Shown here: piece by piece, positions 48,988 to 61,886 of the stretch
Layout: the number at the start of each line of letters is the position of its first letter
How positions within the stretch are numbered: position 1 is the first letter of the stretch
NCBI GenBank assembly: GCA_965178125.1
Contig: OZ237754.1
Coordinates: 682,001-746,000, forward strand
Direction: 5' to 3'
Source of the DNA: Bilabrum cf. latius
Taxonomy: Eukaryota
DNA length: 64,000 nucleotides
The notes under the pieces: model-generated
What the model saw: the letters and a program-made list of their open reading frames with translations, nothing else
Told to the model about the DNA's origin: nothing
Databases searched by the model: none
Made by a program: the position numbers and the translations under genes

Positions 48988-51900
48988 ATGGCAAAGGCAA
49001 CCGGCCGTACCGTCGACGTGACATTCAAAGAGTAGCTCCTGGGCATGTTTTTGCTCCCAGTCGTCCATGGGTAGGCGGAAGAAGACCCGCACCTGGGCGC
49101 ATACGTCGAGCGACTTGAGTCGAAGAAAGGAGGCAAGACGGAGGCGCAAACCAGCGGCAAGATCCTGCCAGGGATGCAGATTGTTGCGATCAATGGAGAG
49201 AGTACAGAGTTTTAGGACTTCGAATCTGTAATAGACAAGCTTAAGTCAAGCCCTCGGCCTCTGGTAGTCACGTTTCGTCATTTAGTCGATCTTGATTTTC
49301 GGGATGCGTACGATTTTAGCGTCTCGGAACAGAACTGCAGGCTAGAAAAACAGTACGCCGCATCCCAGAACGAGAGCATTCAAGCAAGAGACTAGTCCTG
49401 GTTCCAGTTCCTGAAGGAGCTCGGCGAAGACGGCCGGGACCCCGGCTAGCCGAGTGCGCAGCCGGTGCAAATGGGAATCCGGCGGCTGCACCGCACCGCG
49501 GAGGGTCTGATCCCCCTGGCCCGTCGCCCACAAGAATCCCGCACCGTCACAGACACCGTGCAGGAGGTCCGCACCGACTCTGCTCTCCGGCTCCTGGACA
49601 TGCACGCGGGGCCCTCGCTCTTCCCCGTGCCCGGCGTGGAGGCCCAGCCAAACCCGGGGCTCAGGGCCAGGGCCTCCACCACGGGGAGCAGCGGGGCCAC
49701 ACCTGCATCTGCAAGGAGCGGCGGGGTCGCGTCCACTTCGCCCGCGGGCGCACACGACGGTCCCGGCGCCGCCTCCCCTGCCCCTGCCCCTGCCCCTGCC
49801 CCTGCCACTGCTGGGGCCCACGCCCGGGCGGTCCCGTCGTCCGGCTCCGAGTCATTCGAAGCCGCGACAGCGGATCCGTCCACGTCCATGTTCAAGCGGT
49901 TCTGGTCCGAGGGTGGCGTCGGGGGCCGCATCCCGGACTGGCGGTCGCACGTGGCCCAGGCCATGGAGCTCCACCGGCACGAGAGGTCGGTGGTGGACAA
50001 GGCCATGGCCGTGCAGCAGCAGGCCGCCGACTGTGCCACACCCTCGGGTCTGTCCACCCCACGAAGCCAGGCATCGGGTGCACTGAACGGCGGTGCGGCG
50101 GTGGGGAACGGCCGCTCCACGCCGACCCCCTTGCCGAGCACACCTGTGCCGGCCAGCCCCTCCGCCGCCTCTGCCCCTGCCCCTTCCGCCGCTGGAGAGG
50201 CCTCGTCGGGCGGGGACAGCAGCGGGGCGGGCGCAGAGGGGGGAGAGCCTGGCACCCGTCGCTCAGCACCGGGTGATGAGGAGCCGCCCACGCCTGACCT
50301 GCGCATCCACACCCCCCAGGCCTCGGCCTCCACCCCGGCTCGCAGCACGTCAGGCGGGGGCCGTCGCGTGGCCGGCGGCACCCTCCCACCGGCAGGGAAC
50401 TAGACGTACGCGGCGGGCAGCAGCCCCGTGCACACGGCAGACGAGGACGCATTGGAGCTGCAGCGGGTGCTGGGCGCGGGCGGGTAGGGCCCCAAGCGGC
50501 ACACGCGCAAGGTCAGCGGGCAGTTCGAGGGAATCGGGGGCCCGGCACAGCAGAGGCGCCTCTTCCGCCTGCAGCGGCTGGTGCTGGCGGGGGTGCCAGC
50601 CCTGTATCGGCCAGCAATCTGGCTGGAGCTGAGCGGAGCCAACGCCAAGAAGGCACTGCACCCCGACGGGTACTACGATTCGCTGGTGAGCTGCGGTCCC
50701 GCCGAGGACGTGAGGTATGCCATCGGGAAGGACGTGAAGAGGACCTTCCCCGGGCAGCCCTTCCTCTCCAGCAAGAAGGGGCTGGACGCTCTGAGCAGGC
50801 TGCTGGGGGCGGTGGCCGTGCACAACAAGGAAGTGGGGTATTGCCAGAGCCTCAACTTCGTGGCTGCGGTGCTGCTGGTGCTGCTGCCCACGGAGGAGGA
50901 CGCTTTCTGGGTGATGGACGCGATGGTGAACGAGGTGCTCCCGGAGAACTACTTCGCCTCTCCCATGCTGGGGCTGAGGGCAGACCAGGAGGTGCTGGGC
51001 AAGGTCATCGACTAGAGGCTGCCTGCCGTGGGCACCGCCCTCCGCAAGACCGGCGTGCAGCTGCGGCTCTTCACGAGCGAGTGGTTCCTTGCCCTCTTCT
51101 GCTCCACGCTGCCCATGCACACGGTGCTCAGGGTCTGGGACGCCCTCTTTCTGTTCGGGGGCGAGGCCATCTTCAGGGTGGCGGTGACGCTGCTGTGGCT
51201 CAACCGACAGAAGATCGCGAAGGCCTCGGGGGATTTTGTGGGCATGTTCGCTGCCCTCCGCGGGTGCTGCGGCATACCAGAGGCGCACGACGAGCAGTTG
51301 ATCATGCAGGCAGCCTTCTCTGACAAGATGGCGGGGCCGGGGCGGGCTCGAGGCAGGGCCGGTGCGAGGAGGGAGGACGTGCCAGTGGACTGGAAGGGCT
51401 TCGGGATGGAGATGCTGACCAAGCTGCGGGCCGAGGCAGCGGAGGAGGTGGTGGACGAGCACAGGCAGCTGGTCCTGGAAGCCGAGCAGAAGAGAGCCAG
51501 GGCGGAGGAGAGACTGGCTCGGGCGCAAAAGAAAGCTGCTGAGCTGGCAAACAGGGAGGAGGAGGCAGGGGCGGCCAGTGCTGCTGGGGGCCGGGATTTG
51601 GAAGGCGGGGCTCAGGGGAGGGAGGAAGAGGCGGAGGAAGAGGAGGAAGAGGAGGCGGCTCGTAAGCAGGCCCAGAAGGAGCAGGAAGAGGAGGCGGCTC
51701 GCAAGCAGGCCCAGAAGGAGCAGGAAGAGGAGGCGGCTCGTAAGCAGGCCCAGAAGGAGCAGGAAGAGGAGGCGGCTCGTAAGCAGGCCCAGAAGGAGGA
51801 GGAAGAGGAGGCGGCTCGCAAGCAGGCCCAGAAGGAGCAGGAAGAGGAGGCGGCTCGTAAGCAGGCCCAGAAGGAGGAGGAAGAGGAGGCGGCTCGTAAG

Positions 51901-52944
51901 CAGGCCCAGAAGGAGCAGGAAGAGGAGGCGGCTCGTAAGCAGGCCCAGAAGGAGGAGGAAGAGGAGGCGGCTCGCAAGCAGGCCCAGAAGGAGCAGGAAG
52001 AGGAGGCGGCTCGTAAGCAGGCCCAGAAGGAGGAGGAAGAGGAGGCGGCTCGTAAGCAGGCCCAGAAGGAGGAGGAAGAGGAGGCGGCTCGTAAGCAGGC
52101 CCAGAAGGAGGAGGAAGAGGAGGCGGCTCGCAAGCAGGCCCAGAAGGAGCAGGAAGAGGAGGCGGCTCGCAAGCAGGCCCAGAAGGAGGAGGAAGAGGAG
52201 GCGGCTCGTAAGCAGGCCCAGAAGGAGGAGGAAGAGGAGGCGGCTCGTAAGCAGGCCCAGAAGGAGGAGGAAGAGGAGGCGGCTCGTAAGCAGGCCCAGA
52301 AGGAGGAGGAAGAGGAGGCGGCTCGCAAGCAGGCCCAGAAGGAGGAGGAAGAGGAGGCGGCTCGTAAGCAGGCCCAGAAGGAGGAGGAAGAGGAGGCGGC
52401 TCGTAAGCAGGCCCAGAAGGAGCAGGAAGAGGAGGCGGCTCGTAAGCAGGCCCAGAAGGAGGAGGAAGAGGAGGCGGCTCGCAAGCAGGCCCAGAAGGAG
52501 GAGGAAGAGGAGGCGGCTCGTAAGCAGGCCCAGAAGGAGCAGGAAGAGGAGGCGGCTCGTAAGCAGGCCCAGAAGGAGGAGGAAGAGGAGGCGGCTCGTA
52601 AGCAGGCCCAGAAGGAGCAGGAAGAGGAGGCGGCTCGTAAGCAGGCCCAGAAGGAGCAGGAAGAGGAGGCGGCTCGTAAGCAGGCCCAGAAGGAGGAGGA
52701 AGAGGAGGCGGCTCGTAAGCAGGCTCAGAAGGAACAGGAAGAGGGTGAAGAAAGTGGTGTCGCTGAACAGGTTAGCGCTACAGACGGCTTGGCGGAAAAG
52801 GCCGAAGTTGGTGAGGATGATGACCAGGATGGAGATAGTGGGGCAGACGACGGCGCTGACGGGACCGCTGCTGCCGGTGATGAAGCTGCCGCGAAGACGG
52901 GCGGGGACAAAAAGGGGAAGCGTCGCCGTCGACGGAGGAAGTGA
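48988..52944 (+). CDS. PDZ + TBC (RabGAP) domain protein with C-terminal charged helical repeat, 8 in-frame TAG
   Basis: PDZ: VDVTFKE[TAG]LLGM...SGKILPGMQIVAINGE...FESVIDKLKSSPRPLVVTF. TBC: LVLAGVPALYRPAIWLELSGA, IGKDVKRTFP, GYCQSLNFVAA, EEDAFW, WFLALF, LRVWD. One frame, TGA stop. Confidence 0.92.
51643..52743 (+). repeat. 39-bp coding tandem repeat (E/Q-EEEAARKQAQKE, ~28 copies)
   Basis: gaagaggaggcggctcg(t/c)aagcaggcccagaaggag(g/c)ag repeats with only two variable positions. Confidence 0.96.
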
Positions 52945-53129
52945 AATCGTCTCGAGTCTTCCGAGGATCGTACCTTGACCAAGCATGGGAAAGTAAGCCT
53001 GTCGATGCGCGGATCTAGACGATGCGTCAATCCAGTACAGAACTGAATCGCAGAAAGAATTATTTCAATTTTCAAGCATGCTCTGAGACGCCTCGGTCGA
53101 TCCTCAACCGCCGCGCAATTGAGCGTGGG

Positions 53130-55312
53130 TCATGTGCCCCGCTTCACCTGCGCTGCACCGCCCCTTGCTTGCATCAATGCCCAACCCCCCACCAGGACAG
53201 CAGCGGCCACCGCCGCCCCGATGAGCCCCGGCACCAAAACCCCGGCCCCGCCGCCGACAGCAGCACCCGTCTTCTCCCCACTGCTGCTAGCCCCAGCCCC
53301 AGCCTGGCTCTTCCTCCGGCCGCTGGCCTCGGACCCCACGTTCGCCCCCGAGTCGAGGTCCACTGCAAGCTCCTCCGTGGGCACCCAGTCCTTGGCCGCC
53401 GCGTTCCCCACCTTGCGGTCAAGCCCCATCGCCTCGCACGCCTCCTGCAGCGCCCCTCGGAGTGCCTCGCACGCCTCTGCTGCGTTCTCCTCCGTGAAGA
53501 CCATGGGCGGCTTGAACTTGAGCACGTTCTCCGCAGGCCCGTCTCTAGAGACGAGCACCCTCCTCGCCCTGAGCCCCAGCGCCACCCTCCTCCCCAGCTC
53601 CGTGGAGGGCCTCCTCGAGGCGCTGCTCTCCACGAGGTCGACTCCCACAAAGAGACCCAGGCCCCGCACATCGCCCACCACCCCGGGGAAGTCTGCCTGC
53701 ACCGTCTTCACGCCCTTGAGCAGCGCAGCTCCCACCGTGCGTGCCCTGGCCATGAGTCCCATCCGGTCGATCTCGTCCATCACCGCCATGGCCGCAGACA
53801 GGCTGGCCGGGTTACCGCCGTACGTGTTGAAATACGACATGCCGTTGTCAAAGCTCTCGGCCACTGCACGAGTCGTCACCACGGCCGCCACTGGGAAACC
53901 GTTGCCCATGGGCTTTCCCATGGTCACGATGTCAGGCACCGCCCCCTGTTCCCCGGGAGTGCCAGAGGCACCCACAGCCTAGAACGCCCAGAAGTGTGAG
54001 CCCACTCTGCCGAAGCCCACCTGCACCTCGTCCGAGATGCAGACACCCCCTGCCCGCCTGACCCTTTCGAACACATCCTTTAGGTAACCCTTGGGCGGTA
54101 TCACCTGCCCACCGCAGCTGATCATGCTCTCGCAGTAGAATGCCGCCACCTTGCGCCCCCGGGCAACCGCCGCGTCGATCACGCGACCCGCGTCCGCAGC
54201 GTACGCCTTCCCCACCGCCTCGTCCTGCCAGCTGCCGCGGTGCGGGCCCCTGTACGCGTCTGGGAGCGGCACCTTGTGCACCCAATCCTTCTGCGAGTGC
54301 CCCCCCGAGCCCTCGTACTTGTAGGGGGAGAACTAAACCACGGTCTGCGTGTGCCCGTGGTAGGCGTGGTCCACCACCACCACGTCCTCGTGCTTGGTGT
54401 GCGCCCGGGCCAGACGGAGGGCCAGGTCGTTTGCCTCAGACCCGCTGTTCACGAAGTAGACAACGCACAGTTCCTTGGGCAAAGTGGCGAGGAGCCTCTT
54501 GGCGTAGCGGGCCATGGTCGGGTGCAGGTACCTGGAGTTGGTGTTCAGCACCTCCAGCTGCTTGCCGACGGTCTTTGCCACGTGCTTATTGCCGTGACCG
54601 ACATGTGCTACGTTGTTCTGCGCGTCTAAAAAGCGCTCTCCCTTTTCGTTGATGAGGTACTGCCCTTCGCCGCGTACCGCCAGCAGCGGATCGTGTGCGT
54701 GGTGGAGACTGCGAGAAAGAATGGCTCAAAATGATAAATTTCGTTCACTGCACGTTGGCAACTCAACTTAAACAGTGATAAGAACAGGCTGACAGTCGCT
54801 ACCAAAAGTAAGCCGGAGGCAGAGAGCTGGCTGCTACCGGCGGATTGATGTTGCGGGAACATCCCAACCGATTCAATGGCAAGTCAGCGCTCCAAACCGC
54901 AGATAAGGGCATGATATCGGATCGTACGAACTTCTACCGCAATGAAGCATGCATTTACACCCTAAGAAGCTTAAATACCGTGTGTAGGTCCGGGATGCAA
55001 CCCTAGAAGCTGGTATCAAACTTGCATCGGCAGCCAGTGTTCCCAGCAGCGCAATTTCGATCGCCTAAAGTTACTACAAACTTTATCCGCGATATCTAAT
55101 CCAATAGCTGCGTTGTACCAAACCACGGCTGTTACATCGATCCAAACCGCGACAGAAACTAGCGCCGAAGTTCGAACTCACGTCACATTGGGTCCAACCA
55201 GAGCCTTGCGAAGGGCTAAAATCTCGGCCTTATCCATAGGTCCATCCACCCCCTCGTTCTTTTGCTTGGTTTCAATCTCCAAAGTCGGTGAATCGTAACC
55301 AGAAGCCGCCAT
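53130..55312 (-). CDS. Class-III PLP aminotransferase fold, PHYKPL/ETNPPL (AGXT2L)-like phospho-lyase, 2 exons, 2 in-frame TAG
   Basis: Exon 1 55312-55182 ([17 protein letters not shown]), intron 55181-54709, then VRGEGQYL...[62 protein letters not shown][TAG], [36 protein letters not shown] stop. Confidence 0.93.
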
Positions 55313-55613
55313 GCTTGTCGTATTTTGCTGCAAGATGCGTACCAAAATTCGACAGAGAATGCACTGATCACACCAAATTGCCGAGCAGAATCCGAAGCAA
55401 CTGGCGCACCGTGGCCGTTGGGCTGCTATTTCTGGTGCCCGCCGAAGTCACAATGTCGCCCGGCATGCAATGAATGCTCGTCTGGACATACTGGCAGGTG
55501 CGACTCGGATGCTCCCACCGGTGGAGCCAGTGGCATCAGCCTCTGAAGGAGACAGCGGAAAGCGCGCCCGCTCCAAACCGAGTCGGGTTGCTGGACCCTT
55601 TTACCCGCAAGCA

Positions 55614-56129
55614 TCACTCCGACTTGCTAGCGCCCTCAGGCACGTGCCGCATCACAGCCACAAACCTCGGCCAGTCAAGCAGCCTGTGCCGTATCATAGC
55701 GGCAGCAAACAAACGCGCCGTGGCAAATGCAATTTGCACAGTTGCTGGGACAACAGCGCTCAATATTGCACCCCATGTACTGATACTTTCTAAGGTGACT
55801 CCATCGACCCTGTCTATGGAGCATGCCGACAGAAGAGCGACAGCCACGACTAGGCTCGCCAACGATGGAGCCTTGCCAGCCTCAGTCAAACTGTCAGAGA
55901 AAACCATCAGCATCGCAGAATGAATGAAAATACGATAAAATGCAGAAATTGAGCCCCATGCATGATCAGCTATGCACTGGTGGGCTGACTGAAAAATCGG
56001 TGACGTGTCAATCGCATCAAGAGCTCCAAGCTCAGCGCGACAAATAATGTATTCCGAGCCTGCAACGGCAGTGGATGCAATAATAGTATAAAACAAATAA
56101 CTACCTGATATCTCCCACGGTGACAGCAT
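55614..56129 (-). CDS. Hypothetical small membrane protein (171 aa)
   Basis: ATG-to-TGA ORF with several hydrophobic stretches, divergent from the SDR gene. No family recognised. Confidence 0.4.
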   Translation of the reverse strand: MLSPWEISGSYLFYTIIASTAVAGSEYIICRAELGALDAIDTSPIFQSAHQCIADHAWGSISAFYRIFIHSAMLMVFSDSLTEAGKAPSLASLVVAVALLSACSIDRVDGVTLESISTWGAILSAVVPATVQIAFATARLFAAAMIRHRLLDWPRFVAVMRHVPEGASKSE

Positions 56130-56242
56130 GGAATACGGTCAGCAAATGTTGCAGTTTGCCGCATTTTCGTCTGGGGTTCCGGTTTAGGTCGGCTTGGGTG
56201 ACGTAGCATCCGAACCCCATTTAGAGGAACTTCCGGGACGGT

Positions 56243-57607
56243 ATGCTTAACTTCTTCAGATAGCAGCCGTACTATGCAGTCGGTGGCGCAGTTGCACTTG
56301 CGACTGGCCTGTATGCTGTCCGGAGATACTTTGCTGGCGGTGTCAATTCGTATGTTGCGGGGGACCAAAACTCTAGGCATTGCGGCGGCTCTGTCGTCGT
56401 AATAACTGGTGGTAACACCGGGATAGGGTTCGAAAGTGCAATCGATATGAGAAAGTGAGCAAATGCACCAACATGACTTCCCGTTGAGCGCGTTACATTG
56501 GGCTACGTGCATAGCTGTTCTGCACAATCGTTGTTCTGGCGCAGGCGTGGAGCGCACGTAGTTCTCGCATGCCGCTCAAAGGAGAGGGCATCTGCTGCAC
56601 AGAAACGTTTGGATGCGATGAAGCTGCCAGGTTCCAGCGAAACGATGCAGCTGGATCTCGCGGACCTCGATTCCGTTCGGTCGTTCGCCAGAGACTTCCA
56701 GGCCAAGTTCGATCGGCTCGACACGCTGATGAACAACGCGGGCGTGATGCACGTGGTTGGAACAGAGCGAGAGGAGACGAAGGACGGATTCGAGCTGCAG
56801 CTGGGCACCAATCACGCTGGGCACGCCCTGCTCACTCTGCTGCTCATGCCAGTGCTGCGAGCCACGGCTGCAGCTGCAGCAAGCAGCAGCGGCGGCAAGC
56901 CAAAGGATGGCCCTGCATCGGGAGCCGGCAGCAGCCGGGCAGATGGTGACCCGGTTGCAACCGCGGACGTCCGCATCATCAGCGTGGCCTCTCTGGCGCA
57001 CGAGACCGGCAAGGTGGAGGAGCGCGACCCGCACTGGCTGCGCCCGGGTGCCTACAAGCCATGGCTAGCCTACTCTCAGTCGAAGCTCGCCAACCTGCTC
57101 TTCGCCTGGGAGATGCAGCGCCGCTTCGACAGCGGCGTGGACCCCGCCGCCGCCCCCCTGCGTGCCTTCTCCTGCCACCCCGGCGTGGTCATGACCGAGC
57201 TAGACCGGAACATCCCCAACATTGCCTGGCTGCGCCCCATCATGTACTCTGTGCTGGGCATCTTCCTGAAGACCCCCTCAGAGGGCGCACAGACCCAGCT
57301 GTACCTGGCCACAGCCCCCAAGAAAGTGCTGGACACGCACAGGGGAAGGTACTTCTCCGACTGCGCGAGGAAGCCGTCTCCCAACCCTCAGGCCGAAGAC
57401 CCGGCGTATGCCAAGAAGATGTGGGACCTGACGCTGCCCATGCTGGGGCTGAGCGAGGAGGAGGCAGAGGCAGCCGGCCTTGGTGTGGCCAAGGACTGCA
57501 AGCGGCTGGGCGTGCGCTGGGGGGAGCGTGTGGTGAAGCAGCCGGAGGCTGGGGAAGAAGGAGAGACGAAGAGCAGCCAATCGTCAGAATCAAAGAAAGA
57601 AGTCTAA
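56243..57607 (+). CDS. Short-chain dehydrogenase/reductase, retinol dehydrogenase RDH11-14-like, 2 exons, 1 in-frame TAG
   Basis: MLNFFR[TAG]Q + N-terminal TM + VVITGGNTGIG; intron 56455-56544; GAHVVLACR, LDLADLDSV, NNAGVM, GFELQLGTNH.GH, YSQSKLAN, HPGVVMTEL, GAQT. TAA stop. Confidence 0.93.
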
Positions 57608-57844
57608 GAGGCTATGGTAGGTTGATATTTTCTTTAACTGTGTATGTCGTCACTGATGGCATGCGGATTGTTTGGTCGTGGTTGCAGTTTCGGGATCCAT
57701 GCTTTGCGTAGTACGTAGGAGCCAATTGGAACCAAAATCTGGCGTCATGATTATGGATCAGTGAAACTATTCAATATTTGGATTCAAGCCATCAAATCTC
57801 TTTGTGATATGCACTACTGCGCCAGGCCGACCAAGATCCGAGAA

Positions 57845-58117
57845 TCAAGCAGGTGGTCCAACCTGAACGGGATCCTCCACCATGTAGTGCACTGAGGATA
57901 TTCGAATGAACATGTCTCGCACTTTTTCCAGCGCCGACTTTTGGGGGTGCGTGTAGGTTCTCTGGTCAGGCTCGCCACCAGCAATCCCGACCGCGTCTAC
58001 CCACTGCGGAGGGGTTCCACACTCCTCTACTGCTCTAGCATGTAAGCCATCGGGCGGGATAGGGCTTACGGTGATCTTATAGACAATTTCTTTGGGAGCT
58101 GAAGAACTACTGGCCAT
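57845..58117 (-). CDS. Small hypothetical protein (90 aa)
   Basis: ATG 58117 to TGA; plausible composition, but no recognisable motif. Confidence 0.35.
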   Translation of the reverse strand: MASSSSAPKEIVYKITVSPIPPDGLHARAVEECGTPPQWVDAVGIAGGEPDQRTYTHPQKSALEKVRDMFIRISSVHYMVEDPVQVGPPA

Positions 58118-58293
58118 CTGTAGCACAAAATAGAACCCCAAGTATGCTGTTGCTCGGGGAGCATTCCCGGACGTGTGCACGAAAAATACAAGAACAGCCG
58201 GCGGCCACTCCGGCTGGCACCTGTATCTGGAAAACGCCTCAGGCAGCCTGGCAGTAGGAGCCATGACTACCCTCAAAGCCCAACCGAGCCTCT

Positions 58294-61200
58294 TCAATGC
58301 AAGGGCTTGGCCCTCTCCTGTTCGGGAAGCGCAACGGCCTGGCCAGCAGATGCCGGCACCAGCACTGGGCGCTGCAGCTATCGTTCTCTGCCATACAGGT
58401 AGGGCATTCGGCGTCTCCTATCTTGTTCCGCCCTGAAACGGTCCATAACCCGCTCATTGGCCCGCTGCCTCTCCTCTAGCTTCACCTTGCTCCACTTGAG
58501 CACTGCCCCCTTAGATGCCTGCATGCTAGGCACGCCCGCCAGCTCGCACACGGCCGCCCCACCGGGCAAGCGCACCTCGTTCAGCAGAGACATCTGCTTT
58601 GAATCCACCTTGGGCCTGCGCTCAGACTCATCTTCGTCATCGTCATCGTCCATCGCACTGCTACCGTACTCGCGTTTTGCCAGCCTCACCATGGCAGCCC
58701 CCTCCGTACGACCAGACAGCGCTGCCGCTGCATGCGCACCATGCGTCACTAAGGCAGTCCGACGAGGCGCCCATGCAGCGCTGTCCCTGTCTTCTGCCGC
58801 CATGGCCTTAACCTCTTGCATGCGCCTCAGCTCGGCCTCCAGCCTCTGTACTTCATCGGCTGCCTCCAAGTGCCGACTGGCCGCCTCTTGCTCCACATCC
58901 CCATGCAGCCTGTAACTCTACTCGGAATCCCTCAGCACAGCAGCGCACTCTTCTGCACCGGCTCGATCTGCCCAGACCGCAGCGGTAGCCCCGTCACTGC
59001 TGGTCTCTCGAGGGTCCATGCCGAGGGCAAGCAGAACCTCCACAGCGGTGGTGCATCCGCTGGCAGCGGCTGCCATGAGCACAGTGCACGCATTGCTTCT
59101 ATATGTGCCTTGCCGAACGCCACTAGCAACACTCGATGCAGCAGAGGCAGACAGCGATGTCGCTGCCAAGGCAGCCCCTCTACCAGCCGTGGATCTGACT
59201 CGCCCATCCCTGTAGCCTCCTCCCATGGCCTCACCTGATGCCACTGTCATTGGTTGCTTCTCCAAGAGCGCACCGGCCTCCACTCCAAGAAGCAGAGACT
59301 TTCGAAGGCTCCGCATATTGCCCCGTCGCGCCCACGTCCAGGCCTGCGTGCCCACAGAGTGCACGAGGTTGGTCCTGCGCCAGGCCGCCAGGTGGTGCTG
59401 CCTCTCCAAGTTGCCGCCCATTTCACGGTACACGTCGCTAGGCAACTTTCTGTCCCCGAGAAGGCGCGTCTTGATGCCATCCATATCTTGTTGGATGAGC
59501 ATGTTGAGCAGCACGCGGTTCTGCTTCACGTGGCGGTCGTATCTGGTACCGTGCAAAGTCCGCAGAATCTCCTCGCTGAAGACGTCATGTGAGGGGCACA
59601 GCCGAGCCCCTCGCAGGACGAGGAATGTGCTGATTTTGCGGAGATTGAACAGGACGCTCCATGCGAGCGGACTATAAGCTCGCGGCTCGGGAGGGCAACA
59701 CACCCGCTGGAAGCACATTCGCGTGAGCATTTCGACCAGGTGCCCCTTGGACACCGGGTGGGACAGCTGTTGGGACATCGTGAAGGGAATCCACTCAGCG
59801 AGCTGTTGGATTGGTCTGTTGCATCGGTTGCCCAACCCAACAACGACTTGTGCGATGCAGGCTGCCAGTGGTGCTGGTGGCATGGACAGGTCACGAGTGT
59901 CGCGCACGAGACCATGCCGCAGGAGATGCGACACCGAGCGGTGTTGGCACAGCTGGCGACTCATCATCTGCCAAGCCGTGCCGCTATCGTAGCAAAGACT
60001 ACCTTCACAGAGATTGATCAAAGCTGCGCCAACGTCGCGCAGGCCAGGCACGTATCCGTGATGTATCGCTCCGACGAGCACTCGCCGGGAGGGGTATTGC
60101 GTGACTGCTGGAGCGAGGACGGATGGGTCGATCAGGCCTCGCTGAAGCAATGCAAACGTGGCCCGCTCTGCCCTGCGGTCATACGGACGAGGAACGGTCG
60201 GACCGTTGAACGACACGTAGTTGCGCATGCCTTTGACAAGCCACGGCACCCCTACTAGACCCGTAGAGTGAAGACCATCAAGGTACGCCCCAATGCATCG
60301 CTTGGGCCACTCGTGGTCCAAGAGGTCGTCGAGCACCTCATCAAATCCTCGGTGGTGCGAGACCGCAATGTGCAGGAGCTGTTGGCCTGCCCAGACATCC
60401 GTATGCATGGTCCTATCCAGCGTAGTCATATCTGGCTCGAAACCCATCAGGGCGACGCATATTGCGCTTTGCCACTCTCCTTGCAGACCCAATGCCAGCA
60501 GCTCGCCCCAATCGTCTCCATCGTATCGATTGCCCGCGCCGTACTCACTCACAAGGAGCTCCAAACCGCTGGAAGACGGGGCGTTGAGACACTGCGCCAG
60601 TGGGTTCTTCCCAGCTGCACTTACCTTCGTCCCGGGCTTGATCTTGAGCACATCTGCGCAGAATCGGATCATCTCGGGCTGCGAGGCCAAGCAAGCCTCG
60701 TGCATGACAGTCCATCCAAGTCTTTTCACCTCCACCCCCGCATCCAGCAGTGCCTGCAGTGCCTCCACGCAGCCTGTCTTGGCAGCCAGAATGGGCAGGC
60801 CGTAGTTGGTGCCCTACAGCTTGGCTTCACGCAGGAACTGCAGCCCGAAGCCTGACGGGTGACACACCTGGCGACGCTTTAACCTGCTTGCGCCCCTTTT
60901 GCTCGTTCTCCAGACGGACTCGGTGTCGGCCGCTGCAGCCCGAATCATGTTCCCTACCCCCGGCAGATTGCGGCCAATGGCCAGGGTGATGGGGTGCTGG
61001 GGCAGGCTGCAGCCGCGTTCACCCAACCTGGTACTCTGGTGGCAGCAGTCCAAGGCTGTCTTGAAGTAAGGTGAATCTGCACCGCCGCAGATCTCTATGA
61101 CGATCCGGAGGCACTCGCCGAACCTTCGCTTGGCTTCGGCCACAGTCATCAGCACCGTCCCATCGCGTAGCCAGGCCGTGTCTGGGTTCGCCTGCGCGTC

Positions 61201-61596
61201 ATCACGCAATGGGATCATGCGCATGATTAATTTAGCTCCAGCTTCTTTGAATGAGCCTGTCTTGGACTTGAGGTACTCCATGATGTCAGCTCCGCAGTCA
61301 AAGAGGAGCGGGGCCACATCGGCCACCCCCTCGGGCATGCGCATCACAGGATTTCGGTGAACATCACCAAACGTAACGTCCTCGAGATCTTTTGATGAAC
61401 AGTAGTTGTGACGGACATAGAATGCTGCAAACAGAGCCTGCACGATGGAGTGGTTGTGCACGAGCGCTGTGCATACGTCGCGACGACCTACGTCTTCGAT
61501 GATGCTACCGAGCTTCTCTATGTCCAGCTGTCTAGCTGCCTTCCATGCCATACATTTGATCGCATTACTGGATAGTTTTTTGCGCCCGGGCTTCAT
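58294..61596 (-). CDS. Ankyrin-repeat-containing protein (~1100 aa), 3 in-frame TAG
   Basis: ORFs 60814, 58918 and 58378 share a frame and are joined by TAG. Ankyrin-like motifs LAAKTGCVEALQALLDAG, GWTVMHEAC, TVLMAAAASGCTTAVEVLLALGMD, DGATAAVWA. TGA at 58294-58296; start codon uncertain. Confidence 0.75.
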
Positions 61597-61886
61597 TTTA
61601 GAGGTCGTATCTCTAGAAAAGACTGATCGGCCTACAGAGGATAGCAACGGTCACAATATCGCACACGAATGAATGAAGCGTGCCTCAGAAAGATTGAAGT
61701 AGCATCGCGACTTACTAGGAGCAAACTTCTCACTCAAAGACGATAAAATACAAAGATATTTAATCAATTCCTGCTAGTGGTGGTGGTGCATTGCACTGTA
61801 CAACTAGCCCACCCAGGTGACAACGCAAAACTAGAAACAAGTAAACAAAGCAGACATCACTCGGTGCATCAATACACCTACCGCGC

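Noticed and set aside
50350-52986. 878-aa Leu-rich antisense ORF and 466-aa Arg-rich alternative-frame ORF
   Set aside because: Shadows of the 39-bp repeat and the GC-rich TBC gene.
56350-56376. Possible 27-nt GT-AG mini-intron in the SDR gene
   Set aside because: It is in frame and stop-free, so it is not required. It cannot be supported without cDNA.
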